Part shown: positions 14,352 through 26,603 of the stretch, piece after piece | Position numbering within the stretch: position 1 is the stretch's first letter | How the letters are laid out: each line of letters opens with the position of its first letter | Source: Kudoa neothunni | Lineage: Eukaryota > Animalia > Cnidaria | DNA length: 64,000 nucleotides | Assembly (NCBI GenBank): GCA_964304625.1 | Contig: OZ199839.1 | Location: 4,467,376-4,531,375, forward strand | Reading direction: 5' to 3' | Notes under the pieces: generated by a model | What the model saw: the letters and a program-made list of their open reading frames with translations, nothing else | Told to the model about the DNA's origin: nothing | Databases searched by the model: none | Position numbers and translations under genes: made by a program

Positions 14352-14622
14352 AGATTAGCTTGCCTTAGCGGACTCTAGTTGTTTATGATCCACAAATATC
14401 CGCCATTGTTAATATATTTTAAATGAAACCAAAAATTATACAATTTTGGTTTCTTCAAGTTTGTGTTTATTTTCAACAAAAACTGTACTTCTTAGCTTTC
14501 AAACCATTTTTTATTTATTTGAAATTTCACATTCGTTTCTCTTCACATGTTTTTGAAAGAGCATTAACGGTTGATCAGACCTTGACTCGATTCTCGTTTT
14601 TTTTTTCATTACCCGTCCTATG

Positions 14623-15099
14623 TAGACTCGCAAATTTCGGGGATAACTAGTCCCGAATCCCGAACAGTTTTAAAAATTAGAGAATTGGGAATTTTCTGGG
14701 AAACAAATTTTGATAATAATTTGATTTTTCATCAAATATTTATTTTGAAATATGAAATACTATAACAGTGACGATTATGATGATCTTTCTCCGAGTGCTC
14801 CAAATGCATTTCGATTCGCTCGTCAACTTTCAAATAAACAAGAGTCTGTCTTCTTTCACGTATGTTGAATGATGGTCGTGGATGCAGATGGATTATAAAA
14901 TCAGGATCATCAAATGAAGAAGTACATTTATTATTGAGAAAAATGTTTATTAAATATAGATAAGGGAATTCATAAACATTCCCAAGCAGAGCACAACGTT
15001 AATTTAAGAATATTAATTATCTCTCAAAATAAAATGAGAACGAATAATATAACAATTTTTTTTAAATAAAAATCCTGAATCCCGAAATTTTCAAGTTTA
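14623..15099. mobile_element. hAT-type MITE
   Basis: TIRs TAGACTCGCAAATTTCGGG / CCCGAAATTTTCAAGTTTA with a perfect 8-bp TSD GTCCTATG (14615-14622, 15100-15107). Confidence 0.9.
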
Positions 15100-15239
15100 G
15101 TCCTATGTAATCAAGATAATTACTAAATAACAATAATGATTCTTTTAAGTAATTTCATGGAGAAAATTTTTGAACCATTTTTTAGTTTCGTTATAATTAT
15201 ACATTTTAATGCCAAAAATTACGATTCTTAAATAATTTT

Positions 15240-16220
15240 TCTAGTTGTTGACGGATATTCCATTCGATTCCATAAATTCATATTGACTCATATTTTATCT
15301 AAAATTTAAGAAATTATAATTAGATCATTGAGCTAATTGTATCACGGTTAACTCAACATGTTCCTGATCAACTTTTCATTTAATTTTTTCGCACTCTCGT
15401 TTCCTCAAAGGTGAAACATTAAAAATCGTATGTACGTTGTCATACTCGAAACTTTAATCCTACTAGTGCTCTGGAGTTTACTAGACTTTCAACATGTATT
15501 GACACAAAGATTTTCCATACTTAATGGAATAAAAAACGATTTTTACCTACATATATATTTTCTTAAACGGCAATTTTTAAAGTTATTATCATTTATTATA
15601 TCAAATGATTAAAGTAATAGGGGAAAAATATACTAAATACACTTTGTGATTTTTCAGGTGTATAAGACCCTATAATTTTAAAGGCGTAAACAACAGAAAA
15701 ATTATGTTATGTATCATATCGAAATTAAATCAGATTCTGTCGTATAAATTAAGAGAAAATAAGGAAGCAACTACCGACAACATTATACGAACATAGCCAA
15801 AACACTCTACCGAGGTATGGGCAGTTCTGGAGATATATTATTGAGAAAATCATGAACGTGGTTGTGGCGAATCTATTGACGCAGAAAGATACAGAGACTA
15901 CTTGTTAGATGCCTTCGAATCCTATGCTCATGTTATTGACTCCCTTAATGTATATTTCGACAAAATGGCTTAATGTGGGCTATGAAAATCCTAAAAATAT
16001 CAAAGTGCGTTAATTAAATATTATGAGCAATGTTTTAAGTGTTAATGCTTATACGAAACATAGAATCAAGGGATTTGCTAGATATATTTTTTGATGATGA
16101 CATTTATGATACCGCAATATAGAATACAAATAAATTTGGTTCATCGCATTACAGTCAATCTTAGAAACAGGTATCAAATGTGAAATTTTTCCCCTACGTA
16201 GGTGTACTGATTTATATGGT
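15240..16220 (+). other. Possible unidentified multi-exon gene or pseudogene
   Basis: Exon-like blocks bounded by AG/GT at host-like spacing (e.g. IIELIVSRLTQHVPDQLFINFF.., ..RYRDYLLDAFESYAHVIDSLN). No full open path and no recognised family. Confidence 0.25.
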
Positions 16221-16249
16221 AATATTCAAATCTAAATTGGAGCCTTTCA

Positions 16250-17330
16250 AAATACTTAGGAGTAAATAATAAGATCGAGAAATATTTCGAAATATCAGGA
16301 CTTTAAAAAGGTTTATTTGTAACCACGAGAGCCTTAAACTTTGACAATCATGCAATTACAACCGAAAGAGAACACATTGATTAATTTTACAAAATGCGAC
16401 AAATATTTAATAAGTGGAAAGAAATTCTTCACAGTTGTTTAAGTTATTTAATACCTAATTCAAATTTAACAGTTCGTAAACAATTAATAACTTAAGTGGG
16501 AAATATTTATACAAACATGCGTTCTAAACTGGCAATCTACGGAATAAAATTATTCTCGGCCGTTGATACGTCAACGAACGTTTTCCGCATTATTTTTGTA
16601 TACTTTGGAAAACAAGATAGCTAAAGAGCTAAATATTAAGGTGAAAATATTGTGCTAGGTCTTATAACATACCTAAATAACAATGGTAGAAACATGGTTT
16701 CTAATAATTTTTTCACGCTAATTTCATTTATAAATAAACAATTAAATATTTGTCTAACTATGATTGGAACAATCATGCAAAAAAAGCGATATTTCCGAAA
16801 TTTTGAAATCAACTAAATAGAAACTTTTATAATTCATTTTTTCTTCCTACAAAAACGATATTGATGTCCTACGTCTCTAATAAAGAAGTTGGTTACCCTT
16901 TTGGCCACCTTTTCTGCAAATTCGAATGTGGCTTCTTATGAATAGAAAAAAGGAAGCGATTTCATTTTACAATGAAAACAAAGATGATACTGATACCGCC
17001 TACCGAATTCCTGCTTCAGCTAGTATCAAAAAATGTTCACAATGTTCATGAATCATTGTTGTTTTAATATTTTAGACATTAGCTTGATAAATTCATTTTA
17101 TGTTAAAAAAGTTGTGTTTAATGACGCAATAATCAGGAGATAGATGTTTTTTGATAAACTTTCTTCCGCATTTGTCAAACCATTTATATTACAAAAAGGT
17201 TTACTAATAATAACTCAATTTGTTCCAGAAAATATCTAAGTTCTTTATAAAAACGACAAATAAGATGCGCACTCTTCAAGAAACAATGACTGAAAAACAT
17301 TCTCAGTTTATCTGCGTTCATTTTTCAGCA
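16250..17330 (+). mobile_element. piggyBac transposase relic
   Basis: Fragments YGIKLFSAVD, GRNMVSNNFF and TMIGTI in piggyBac order; heavily disrupted. Confidence 0.7.
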
Positions 17331-17337
17331 ATTAATA

Positions 17338-18739
17338 TAGGGTTTTTCGAGCTTTAGTGACATCATGTCAAGCATTAGTGACATCGTGTCAAGCTTTAGT
17401 GACACGTGCGTAATTTAAGCTTATAATTACGTTCACATTGTAAATTAATCGAATAAAAATAATATGAGTGGTATAAATTTAACATTACACGTTAGTTTAA
17501 TATTTGTGAACTTTAAAAACAGATAATAGCGACGATTCTCAAATGACAACTCGAACCAAATTTAAGAGACAAACAATAAGTGACCGAGATAGGAAAATGA
17601 TTGCTAATCAGTGCGAATTGGGTTACAGCAACGCCGTCATCGCTGAAAATGTTGGAATTAAGCGACAAACTGTTGCTTCAATTGTAAAATCGTATCTTCT
17701 TGATGGGAAAGAAAAGTCATTAAAAAGGGGTGGTGACTTTTCTTCAAAACTCAATGAAGATCAAAAGTTGCGTATTAGAAGTTGGGTGGATGAGGACGCC
17801 ACCATTACCCTTAAGACTCTTCGTCAAAAATTATTAGACGAATGTGGCGTGAGTGTTAGCGTTAGCACAATAAATAGATGCCTTAAAGAATTCCATTATT
17901 CTTTAAAAATGCTCACCATTGTTCCTGAACGAAGAAACTCTGACGATACAGTGGAAAAACGTTTTGTGTACGCCCAAGAGTTCAATTCAAAATTGCTTGA
18001 GGCAGAAGGCAGCAACTTTGTTTTTATTGACGAAGTTGGTTTTAATGTATCGTCACGTACAAGACAGGGTCGTTCGCTTGCTGGTACATCAGCATATGTA
18101 AACGTGAAAGCCGTCAAGTCAAGGAACATATCCGTCATCGCAGCGATGAATAAGTATGGCATGGTGCTATATAAAATAAATCGAAGACCAGTAAATGGCG
18201 AAGATTTTAAAGAGTTCCTCATTGAGTTGGCAGATTTGTGCCGTTCTTTGGAAATTGAAGATCCATGCTTCATACTCGATAATGCAAGGATACATCATTA
18301 TCGGGGACTTAGCGAAATTTTAGCAACGTTACAACTAACGTTGATGTATCTACCTCCGTATTCACCCTTCATGAATCCAATTGAAAATGTTTTCAGCAAA
18401 TGGAAAAACCATGTTGTGAGAGGACATGCGAGAAATGAAAGCGACCTTTTAAATTTAATAGATGATGGTTTCAAAGTTATTTCCACCAGCGACTGCTCAA
18501 ATTATTATCGAAAAATGCTTCGATATATCAGCAGATGTTTGAACCGAGAAATTATTTTAGAATAAGTATAAATTATACGATAGTGTTTGGATATCTTTTT
18601 CAAATTCTCAAAATTATTATTTGTTGTTCATTCGAAATTTAAAGTAATATTTTCGTATTTTTTTACCTAATTATATAGCTATCTTAAATACCGTGTCACT
18701 AAAGCTTGACATGATGTCACTAAAGCTCGGAAAACCCTA
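17338..18739 (+). mobile_element. IS630/Tc1-mariner DD34E transposon, apparently intact
   Basis: TIRs TAGGGTTTT(T/C)CGAGCTTTAGTGACATCATGTCAAGC.. at both ends, TA flanks, one uninterrupted ORF. Confidence 0.95.
17543..18565 (+). CDS. IS630-like transposase, 340 aa (HTH plus DD34E)
   Basis: FIDEVGF / ILDNARIHH / YSPFMNPIE, with 34 residues between the second D and the E. Confidence 0.95.
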   Translation: MTTRTKFKRQTISDRDRKMIANQCELGYSNAVIAENVGIKRQTVASIVKSYLLDGKEKSLKRGGDFSSKLNEDQKLRIRSWVDEDATITLKTLRQKLLDECGVSVSVSTINRCLKEFHYSLKMLTIVPERRNSDDTVEKRFVYAQEFNSKLLEAEGSNFVFIDEVGFNVSSRTRQGRSLAGTSAYVNVKAVKSRNISVIAAMNKYGMVLYKINRRPVNGEDFKEFLIELADLCRSLEIEDPCFILDNARIHHYRGLSEILATLQLTLMYLPPYSPFMNPIENVFSKWKNHVVRGHARNESDLLNLIDDGFKVISTSDCSNYYRKMLRYISRCLNREIILE

Positions 18740-19279
18740 TATCATTGAATATGTTGTGATGATGCTTTCGTACCATTTTACTCCAATAAATTTCAGCTTC
18801 CTGCCTATTAAAATCTGTTGTCTGCAGAGTGCTTCGAATTCGTTAGAGTTATTTATCAATTGTACAAACTTCCATGATTAAGGATGGCAGTTTTTATTCT
18901 TAAAAATAATAATAGAATAGTTTTCTAGCGAGAAGCTGAATCAATATATATTCGTGTGTAATTAACAATACTTATCAGAACATTTTAAATATTTTTATTA
19001 TAAGATTCAGAACGCTCATAAGCGTTAAAATGTCGATAAGGCGATCAAACTAATGGTAAAATTAATTTACTTTGTTCACGAATAAATAATTATCACACGA
19101 GATTTGGGCGAATCAACTCTTACAAGTTACAAGGAGCTAATTTGAAGGTGGCCCATTAATCTCCTTCGTACATTGTCGTCATGCGTTTTGTAAATAATAT
19201 TAATTCTTTAATAAAATTTTTTGCGAATAGCTATGTAAGCTCAAAAAATTCTGCCTTTAATAGTCTAATAAAAACGTGA

Positions 19280-20331
19280 GGCTAAATTACAACATACGTG
19301 TATTAAGTTCGAGATTCGATGATAACACTCGGCAAAAATCGGCAATGCATTTAATTTGTATATAATATCAATAAATATCTACAAAGTATCCTAATTCTCG
19401 TTCGTAATACTTCCTTCGAAATAGCTAGTCTGATATATATTCAGGCAAGGTTTCTGGGTTTTTGTTTGTGGCTTCTTTGTATTTACATTAAAAGCGCCCC
19501 ATATAGACTCAACCAGGTTAGTATGGACTCCTTGACTTGAAAAAAATTGTCATTTATGGATAACTCTTCCATGAACGAAATCTAAACTTTCTAACCTATT
19601 GTATCCAGCCCCACCATGAGTCCATATTGTGGATCCTTCTTCTACGTTATCAATCATTGTGTTCTCAAGAACATTGATTCCTGTAGCGGGATATTTTTAA
19701 AAAACACTCACCACTTTCGTCTATTCCTCCAATTAATCAGAAATGTTAGTTCTTTAAAATTCTCCCCACGTTGTATTTTCTTTTGGAGACAGCAGTCTCA
19801 TCGATTTGAACCACAACGTTCTCGCCTCCAATTTTTGTGCATTCATCATCCAATTTCGAATCAATCAAATCTCGAATTAAACTCTTCCATTCTGCTATGG
19901 TGGAAAAAGATGCGATATCGATATGATGTTGTATTTCTTCATAGATGGCGCTGGGACTTTGGACAATATAGTGGAGAAAGACAAAACATTTCCACAATGG
20001 AAGCTTTGATAGTTCGAAAATATTGTATTTTTTAATTGAGCATCTCTTTCGGCAAATTTTGCAACAAAACTGATGACAATCACCAATGTCCTTCCTTGCC
20101 ATCATTTTCATTATCGAGCCACAAGAACATTTAAGATAGCCCCTCAAAAGCCCAGTATTGATCATTGTTTCAATTGTATAATTCATATCATCTCAAAAAT
20201 AACCATAATCAATTATTGTTATGACATCTTTTATTTTTCAATGTGAACATTCTTTTTAACTTAACATGGCACAAATATTTCCCGAGAACATATATCTTCC
20301 GAAATTGGTACACATATACTGTAGTTTAGCC
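19280..20331 (-). mobile_element. Merlin element, degenerate
   Basis: TIRs GGCTAAA(T/C)TACA..; ORF with CxC..CKIC and KIGGENVVVQIDETAVSKRKYNVGR; downstream frameshifts. Confidence 0.9.
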
Positions 20332-20338
20332 CAAAAAA

Positions 20339-22100
20339 CTAGCGGGAACTGCCCAGTGTTGCTTGGGGAAGATTTCGTATAGATACGTTTCTTAATAATA
20401 TTCGAAAAACATATTGTTTCAAATTGATTCATAGAGGCAGTCTAACTAAATTTTTTTAAGCATCATAGTCGATTTTGATGTCGAAATTTTAATTACAGCA
20501 AGGTCTCGATATTGCGGGATTCAATAAAGATGGTTGACGTTTTTTTTAATTTCTGTATTCAACGTTGTAAATTTTTGGATGTATGTAATCTTTTAGTTTA
20601 ACGTTATGTACGAAAATATGAAATAACATTTATTTGACGCGACTTTGGTAAAATTCAGGGTCTTGGTCTTGCTATTGGGTGGTAATTGCTTCCAATTTTA
20701 ATCCGATTAATCCGCAAAATTACACATTCGAGCAGAAGTCGTTGCGAGAAAAAAAACGAAATTTTGATAAAAAGTAGAAAACATTCAGTATTATGATTCA
20801 ATTAAATCCATCTGGAATGCGAATAAATGACTCTAGAGCATCATTGATTATCATATATTCTGTTATTGTGAGTTTTATTCAAATCAGAATAGGTTATTCT
20901 TCTCTCAATATTATTTCGCCTAATCAACCTGATATAATAAACTCCAACGTTGCTTTCAACCGTAAAAAGATCGCAAATACAAAATTTGTCTAGCTTGAAA
21001 TTGAGTTATATGGCAGGATGGTGTCAGAACCTAAAAAAGAAAAATATTCTGGAGTTTGTAATCACCGAAAAGGCAAAACTTTTGTTGATGATCTTAAAAT
21101 CATTGGTTTCAGTTGAAACAAAGGCTGGCTTGAAAATTTTAAGAGTCGCTCTTGTTTTATAAATTCATTCTCCGTGGAAACGCGGAGAGTGTAGATAATA
21201 ATATTATTTATGCTCGGGAAAACAAATTTCCAGGTAATAAGTAGATTTGAAAAAGAAAGCGTCAAATCTTGGTGAGACTGTTCTTTCTTATGAGCATCGC
21301 ACTCAACGAACCTATGCAATGAAGAATAAGTAAAATTAAAAGGAAATGAAATGAAACATTCAAAGAATCAGCCATTGCATTATAGGCCCCTTAATTTACA
21401 AGAAAATAATTTTTACATAAATTTTCACTAATAAATTAATGGGGTTTCTGTTAAATACTACGTTCAAAAAATGATTTGATGTCTTCGACTTTCCTTTTGG
21501 TGTTTTAAAAAATCTTGATCAAAAGTTCACGAAAGAAAAGGGAAAAGCTCTTATATTGTTAGATCGATGTCATTCTTATTCATAAATAAATAATCCAAAC
21601 AAAGTAGATCGCTTTTCCTTAAAAAATAAAAAGTTTATTTTTACAAAGCACGCCAAGACTCGATATTTGGCAGTGATTTCTTATTGGGCATTAAAAGCTC
21701 AGGTCCCCATTTAATGCGCAATATCGAGACCTTACTGTATGATCATTTCTGTACAGGAATGTATCAATCCCAGCATTCATTTAAAAATTTTTGGCTCCAA
21801 CACTAAAACTAAATAATTTAACGTCAGTGTCGCATTTAATTTGCATCCCCGAATTATTTAAATTGTCTTAAAATTCTATTTAAAACGTTATTTGTTGACC
21901 TTGGGATTTTTCAAAGTCGAATTCTGGCCCGGCTCAGAAAGTTCGTACACAACTATTTATGGGAGATAAAAAAAATATATAGAGATAGAAGAAAACATAA
22001 GAAAATTAATTTTTATTGTTAAATAAATATCCTTTGGCTCAGTCTAAACATTAATGCACTATTTCTCACAAATGGTTTCAAATCGAGTCAATATCAATAT
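20339..22100 (-). mobile_element. Non-autonomous Helitron family A, 3' portion, interrupted by Tigger-like insertions
   Basis: 3' end CCCAAGCAACACTGGG-CAGTTCCCG-CTAG|T on the minus strand; body homologous to 52300-52800 and 60358-60800. Confidence 0.8.
20496..21737 (+). mobile_element. Tigger/pogo-like non-autonomous element
   Basis: TIRs CAG(C/T)AAGGTCTCGATATTGCG with TA TSD; CENP-B HTH remnant (ITEKAKLL..GWLENFK). Confidence 0.85.
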
Positions 22101-22101
22101 A

Positions 22102-22951
22102 CGGTAAGGTCTCGATATTGCGCACTAAATTGTGGCCTGAGCTTTTACTGCCCAAAATCGATGTTTTTCGCGTGCGCCGCCAGAATAAATTTTTCACTTT
22201 TAAACGAAAAAATGACCTACCATGTTTATATTATTAAATTAAAGATGTAAAAAGCATCAATCTAATAATATACGAACTTTTCCTCATCTTTCACAAATTT
22301 TTGATCAAGAGTTTTTAAAATATCAAGGTAGTTGAAGACATCCAACCATTTTTTTGAACGTTAATATTTAACAGAAAATTCATAAATTCCTTTTAAACGG
22401 GTGGTCTCTTTAAATTTAACAATGACACTATGTTGAAATTTTATCCCTATAAATTAAGCGATCTATACTTCTATTACAGGTTTTTTGATTGTTTCGTTTC
22501 CATTTAATTCAACTCCTTTATATCATATGTTTGTTGAGTGCATTGATCTTAGGAAAGAGAGGTTTCGCCGAGATTTTATATGTTTTCTTTTTCATATCTA
22601 CTTTTTACCTAATAAAATTTGATTACCTAACCATTAACAATATTATCATCAACTTCGCCCCCTTCTCCGCAAAGAGTGAATTTTTAAACAACAGAGAATC
22701 TTAAAAGTTTTAAGGAAACCATTTGTTCCACTTAAACCAGGGATAAAGGATCATCGGCAAAAAGTTTTGCCTTCTTATTGATAAAAACTCTAGAATATTT
22801 GTCTTTTTTTGGTATTCTGACACAATCCGGTCATATAACGCAATTTGAAGTTTGATGTATGTTTTATTTGTAATTCCTTTACAGAGAGAGACAACGTTGG
22901 AATTCGTTATATCAGATTTATTAGATACAATTCTATTCAACTTAGAATAAC
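22102..22951 (-). mobile_element. Second, inverted copy of the same Tigger-like family, interrupted by a pogo element
   Basis: TA|CGGTAAGGTCTCGATATTGCGCAC.. matches the reverse complement of about 21690-21737; homology continues to about 22950. Confidence 0.75.
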
Positions 22952-22953
22952 CA

Positions 22954-24663
22954 CCGTATATACTCGAGCAAAGTCGCAGGGTCAAATTTGGGCTAACTCA
23001 TCGTGATTATGGTTGACTCGAATATAAGTCGCAATCATAAACCAAAAATTTATTAACGCTTAAACTTTCGCGATTTACAAGGTATATTTTAAATAAAATC
23101 TGATCATTTTAAGGCAAACAAGGAAATATTCATTGTACAACAAATAAATGATTATTTTAAAAAAATTAACAAACTATTAATGTTCATTGTCGTCATCAGC
23201 ATCATCATCCTTAGTTGACGAAAACTTATCCTCATCAAAAAAGCGTGCACTTTGTTCTGATGTCAAAGTATCGTCGTAAATCTCGTCCATCTCTTCTTCC
23301 GTATTACTGTGTACTTGGTCGTCTTCAGTTCCATCCATCGCATTAGAAATGCCACATTTTTTGAACGATTTCTTAATTATACTCCTGTCTATAGAAAGCC
23401 AAGAATCTTTTACCCATTTAGCTACCAATGCTAATGCAGGTCTCTTAAAATTTCCTGATGCTGTCTTTTCCGCCAATCCGTCTGACATCCATTTGATCCA
23501 TTGATCGCGTACTTTACATTTGAATGAAAAATTTAAAGAAACATCTAAAGGTTGTAATATTGAGGTTAAGTCCGAAGGAATAACAGCAGTATCTGTTTTA
23601 TAGTAGTTTTTGACACGTTGTTTGACATCATCAGCGAGATGAGCTCGGAACATATCCTAAACTAACAGACTTGGTTTTTTATCCAAATTACCACCTGGGC
23701 GACGAGACCATACTTTCTCCATCCAAGTATGAAGTCCTTCCACATCCATCCATTCTTTCTCGTGAACATGAATAACAACTTCAAGAGGAAATTTTTCTTT
23801 TGGAAACGTTTTCCGTTTAAAAATTATCATTGGAGGCAGTTTAGTTCCGTCCGCCATACAGGTTAAAACGACAGTAAAGTGTGTTTTTACGTGACCAGTT
23901 GTTCTAACCGTCACGGTTTTGGTTCCTATATTATCAACTGTCCGATTACCATGAGCATCAAAAAACATAGGTGTTTCGTCCATGTTTCCACTTCCACTTC
24001 CACTTCGACTAAGATCATAATTTCTCTTTTTCCTTATAACTATAACATATTTATGAACGTTGATAATCTTGTCTTCCAAATCGGACGGAATTTTTTGGAA
24101 AATTTTGGTCCTTTATAATATCTTTGGATTTTAATCGAATCGCTCCGCGCGTCACTACATATCCGCTTTGTCTCATTTCATTTATCCACCTGTTTAACTT
24201 TTCCTCTTCGTGGATAAATTTTGATGTCTTTCCCCCTATTGGCTTTTTTTGTAACTGGCATTTCTTCCAACTGCAGAACAGGTTTTCTCCAATCGCGTAC
24301 CTGCTTTTCGCTAACTCCATTTTTATTAGCCGCGAGTCGATTGTTGTCACATTCGATAGCATATTTTGCAACTTTTAATTTGAATTTGGCATCATAACAA
24401 TGTCTTTTTTTAATGGAACTCATTATCCTAACATAGGTGAAAGTCTAATTAAATATCAACAAAACAATTCCGTCATTTTAATTAAAACAATATATTTTTT
24501 ATATATAATGATAAAAAGTAGAACATAAACTTATTACGGATTATTTATATACTTTACTAACTACCAACATAATTTTTACGTCGATGTTTTGTGTATAAGT
24601 CGCACGCGGTTTTTGAAGCAGAGTATTTTGAAAAAAAGTACGACTTTACACGAGTATATACGG
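22954..24663 (-). mobile_element. pogo element with Brinker-type DBD (POGK/Passer-like), degenerate
   Basis: TIRs CCGTATATACTCG; BrkDBD YDAKFKLKVAKYA..VSEKQVRDWRK; CENP-B HTH; GNMDETPM, V*DMFRAH and ILQPLDVS motifs; frameshifts and one stop. Confidence 0.92.
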
Positions 24664-25636
24664 TGCTTTATTCGTGAATTTTTAATTTTATTTTTTACCA
24701 GGCTATCATACATGACTAAATACGAAAAATATTTTATTTTTGCGACATTTTTCATAGAGAAAAAGTTTCTTGAATCATTAACTGCTAATTTACTTTGTTG
24801 GAAAAACCATGATAAATTATACCTATAAAAATTGTACGTAAGTTTTTTATCGATTCACTGAATAAGAAAAAATTAAAAAACTTTTATTTATAATTCTACT
24901 CTATTCTATAACACTTTATTTTAGTATTTACCAAAAATACTCTAATGATGTAAGTTTTAAATAAGGAAGAGGTACATAAATGATTTTAATGCCTTGTGAC
25001 TCTTGAAAATCTGGTCAACCTTAAAGTTGGATCCCGATCTAGGCAAGTCTGGCCACCCTGATATATACAGTAGATAGGCAAAATGTTGTTCACACTTTAT
25101 GAAACATTAATAAGTCAAATATTATCAAATTAAACATCTCAATCTTACGACAATTGCAAATAAGTAAGGGAATGATTTATCAGAAATTGTCATAAAAAAT
25201 TAATTTTCGATGACTTTATTGTTTCACGTATATATAAATTTTAACGAATAAATTTACACTAAGTTTTCGTCTAAGCGCACACATTTGCACTAATGCGTAG
25301 TCCCATCCATTTAAAAAAATTTTTTATTCTCTTCCTAATAAATTTAGGAATATTAAATCAATTTAACGCATCAAATTTTCAACAACAATCTCAGCTTATA
25401 ATCCAAGCAAGCGCAGGACTATTTCGATTCCATCGCATCAGTTGCCTCCACTTGTGACCACATCAAATACTTAACCCTTAAAACAACAGAAAAACCAAGA
25501 CTAAATTTATTAATTGTAGTAAGTTTCACAAAGTTGTTAAACCTTGCAAGAAAAATAATTTTAACAGTTGAGTAAAAAAAAGGGTTCGCCGAGAAATAAA
25601 CAATGTTAATAACGTTAATGCATCAGGAGTACAGGT

Positions 25637-26200
25637 TCACTTTTGTTCACTAGAAAAAATTATATCATACATCCACAACCCTGACATCATACTCGCTGTA
25701 TTCCCAATTTCTGTTATCAAGAGGGCATACTCTACGAGTTCTCAACCAACGCGAAATGCAGTGTTGGTGAAACGCATGCTGAACAAAGAATCAATATTTA
25801 TAGCTAATTTAAAAATACATTGCATTTCCCCCACGAAACGCTACAAGAAGGACTGTCATCCTTCACAGTTTCAGCCTGACATTCAACGCCTTCAAAAATA
25901 TCATTATTCGATTTCACCGTGGCATTAAACTTACAAAGATCCATTATGTGATTTCTGCATATAGCACAATTGTCGACAGCCAAATCTATTACCAAGTGAT
26001 AGTGTAAAGTGGTGTTATCTTAGTCAAAATCATACCCCAAGACCATAATGCCACGGCATTCCACTAAGGTGGTATAAATATTTAATATAAATGTAATAGT
26101 AAATTAATACTTTTTTAATTTCAAATTTGATGAGTGTATTGTCGGGTTCGTTTACTGCTACACTTGTAGATTCGAACGGCTCCTCCTTACCCTCCGACAT
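25637..26200 (-). CDS. RBX1: RING-box protein 1, SCF E3 ligase subunit, 6 exons
   Basis: Spliced MSEG..FEIKK|WNAVALWSW|[17 protein letters not shown]|CVECQA..VSWGKCN|[28 protein letters not shown]|DEQK*; five GT-AG introns of about 40-50 nt. The last exon is inferred. Confidence 0.95.
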
Positions 26201-26603
26201 TTTATTATACGCAAGCGCATTCCTGATAAAGACCAGTTGCGTTTTTTACCCATCCGTTAGATCGCCTAGTTTGGAAATAGATTTTTAAATTTCAATATGA
26301 CCAGTCTCTTCGTACATGCGATAGGTCTCTTACTGTCAATTAAACCCAAAACTGACAAATTTTTAAAGATGTGTCCCCATTAAACACCTCTTCGGCATTC
26401 AATTGGTGAATTGTTTAGAAATCACCAAACTATTGTTCTTTTCATTGAAAAAAACATATAGCGATTGACCTAAAACAATAAATAATAATTAAATTATTGG
26501 ATTAATATTTAGGCGATAGTTAAGTCGAGTGCAAAGCGATCACAATAAGTACCTTCCTTGTAGGATTTTTATGAATTTAAATATTTTACCGTTTGCATTA
26601 TAA

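Noticed and set aside
17351-17406. CRISPR-like direct repeats
   Set aside because: No spacers; the units are part of the transposon TIR and are mirrored at the other end.
17543-18565. Bacterial contamination (IS630 and IS1595-like ORFs)
   Set aside because: The elements are interleaved with, and nested inside, intron-containing eukaryotic genes, and both superfamilies have known eukaryotic members.
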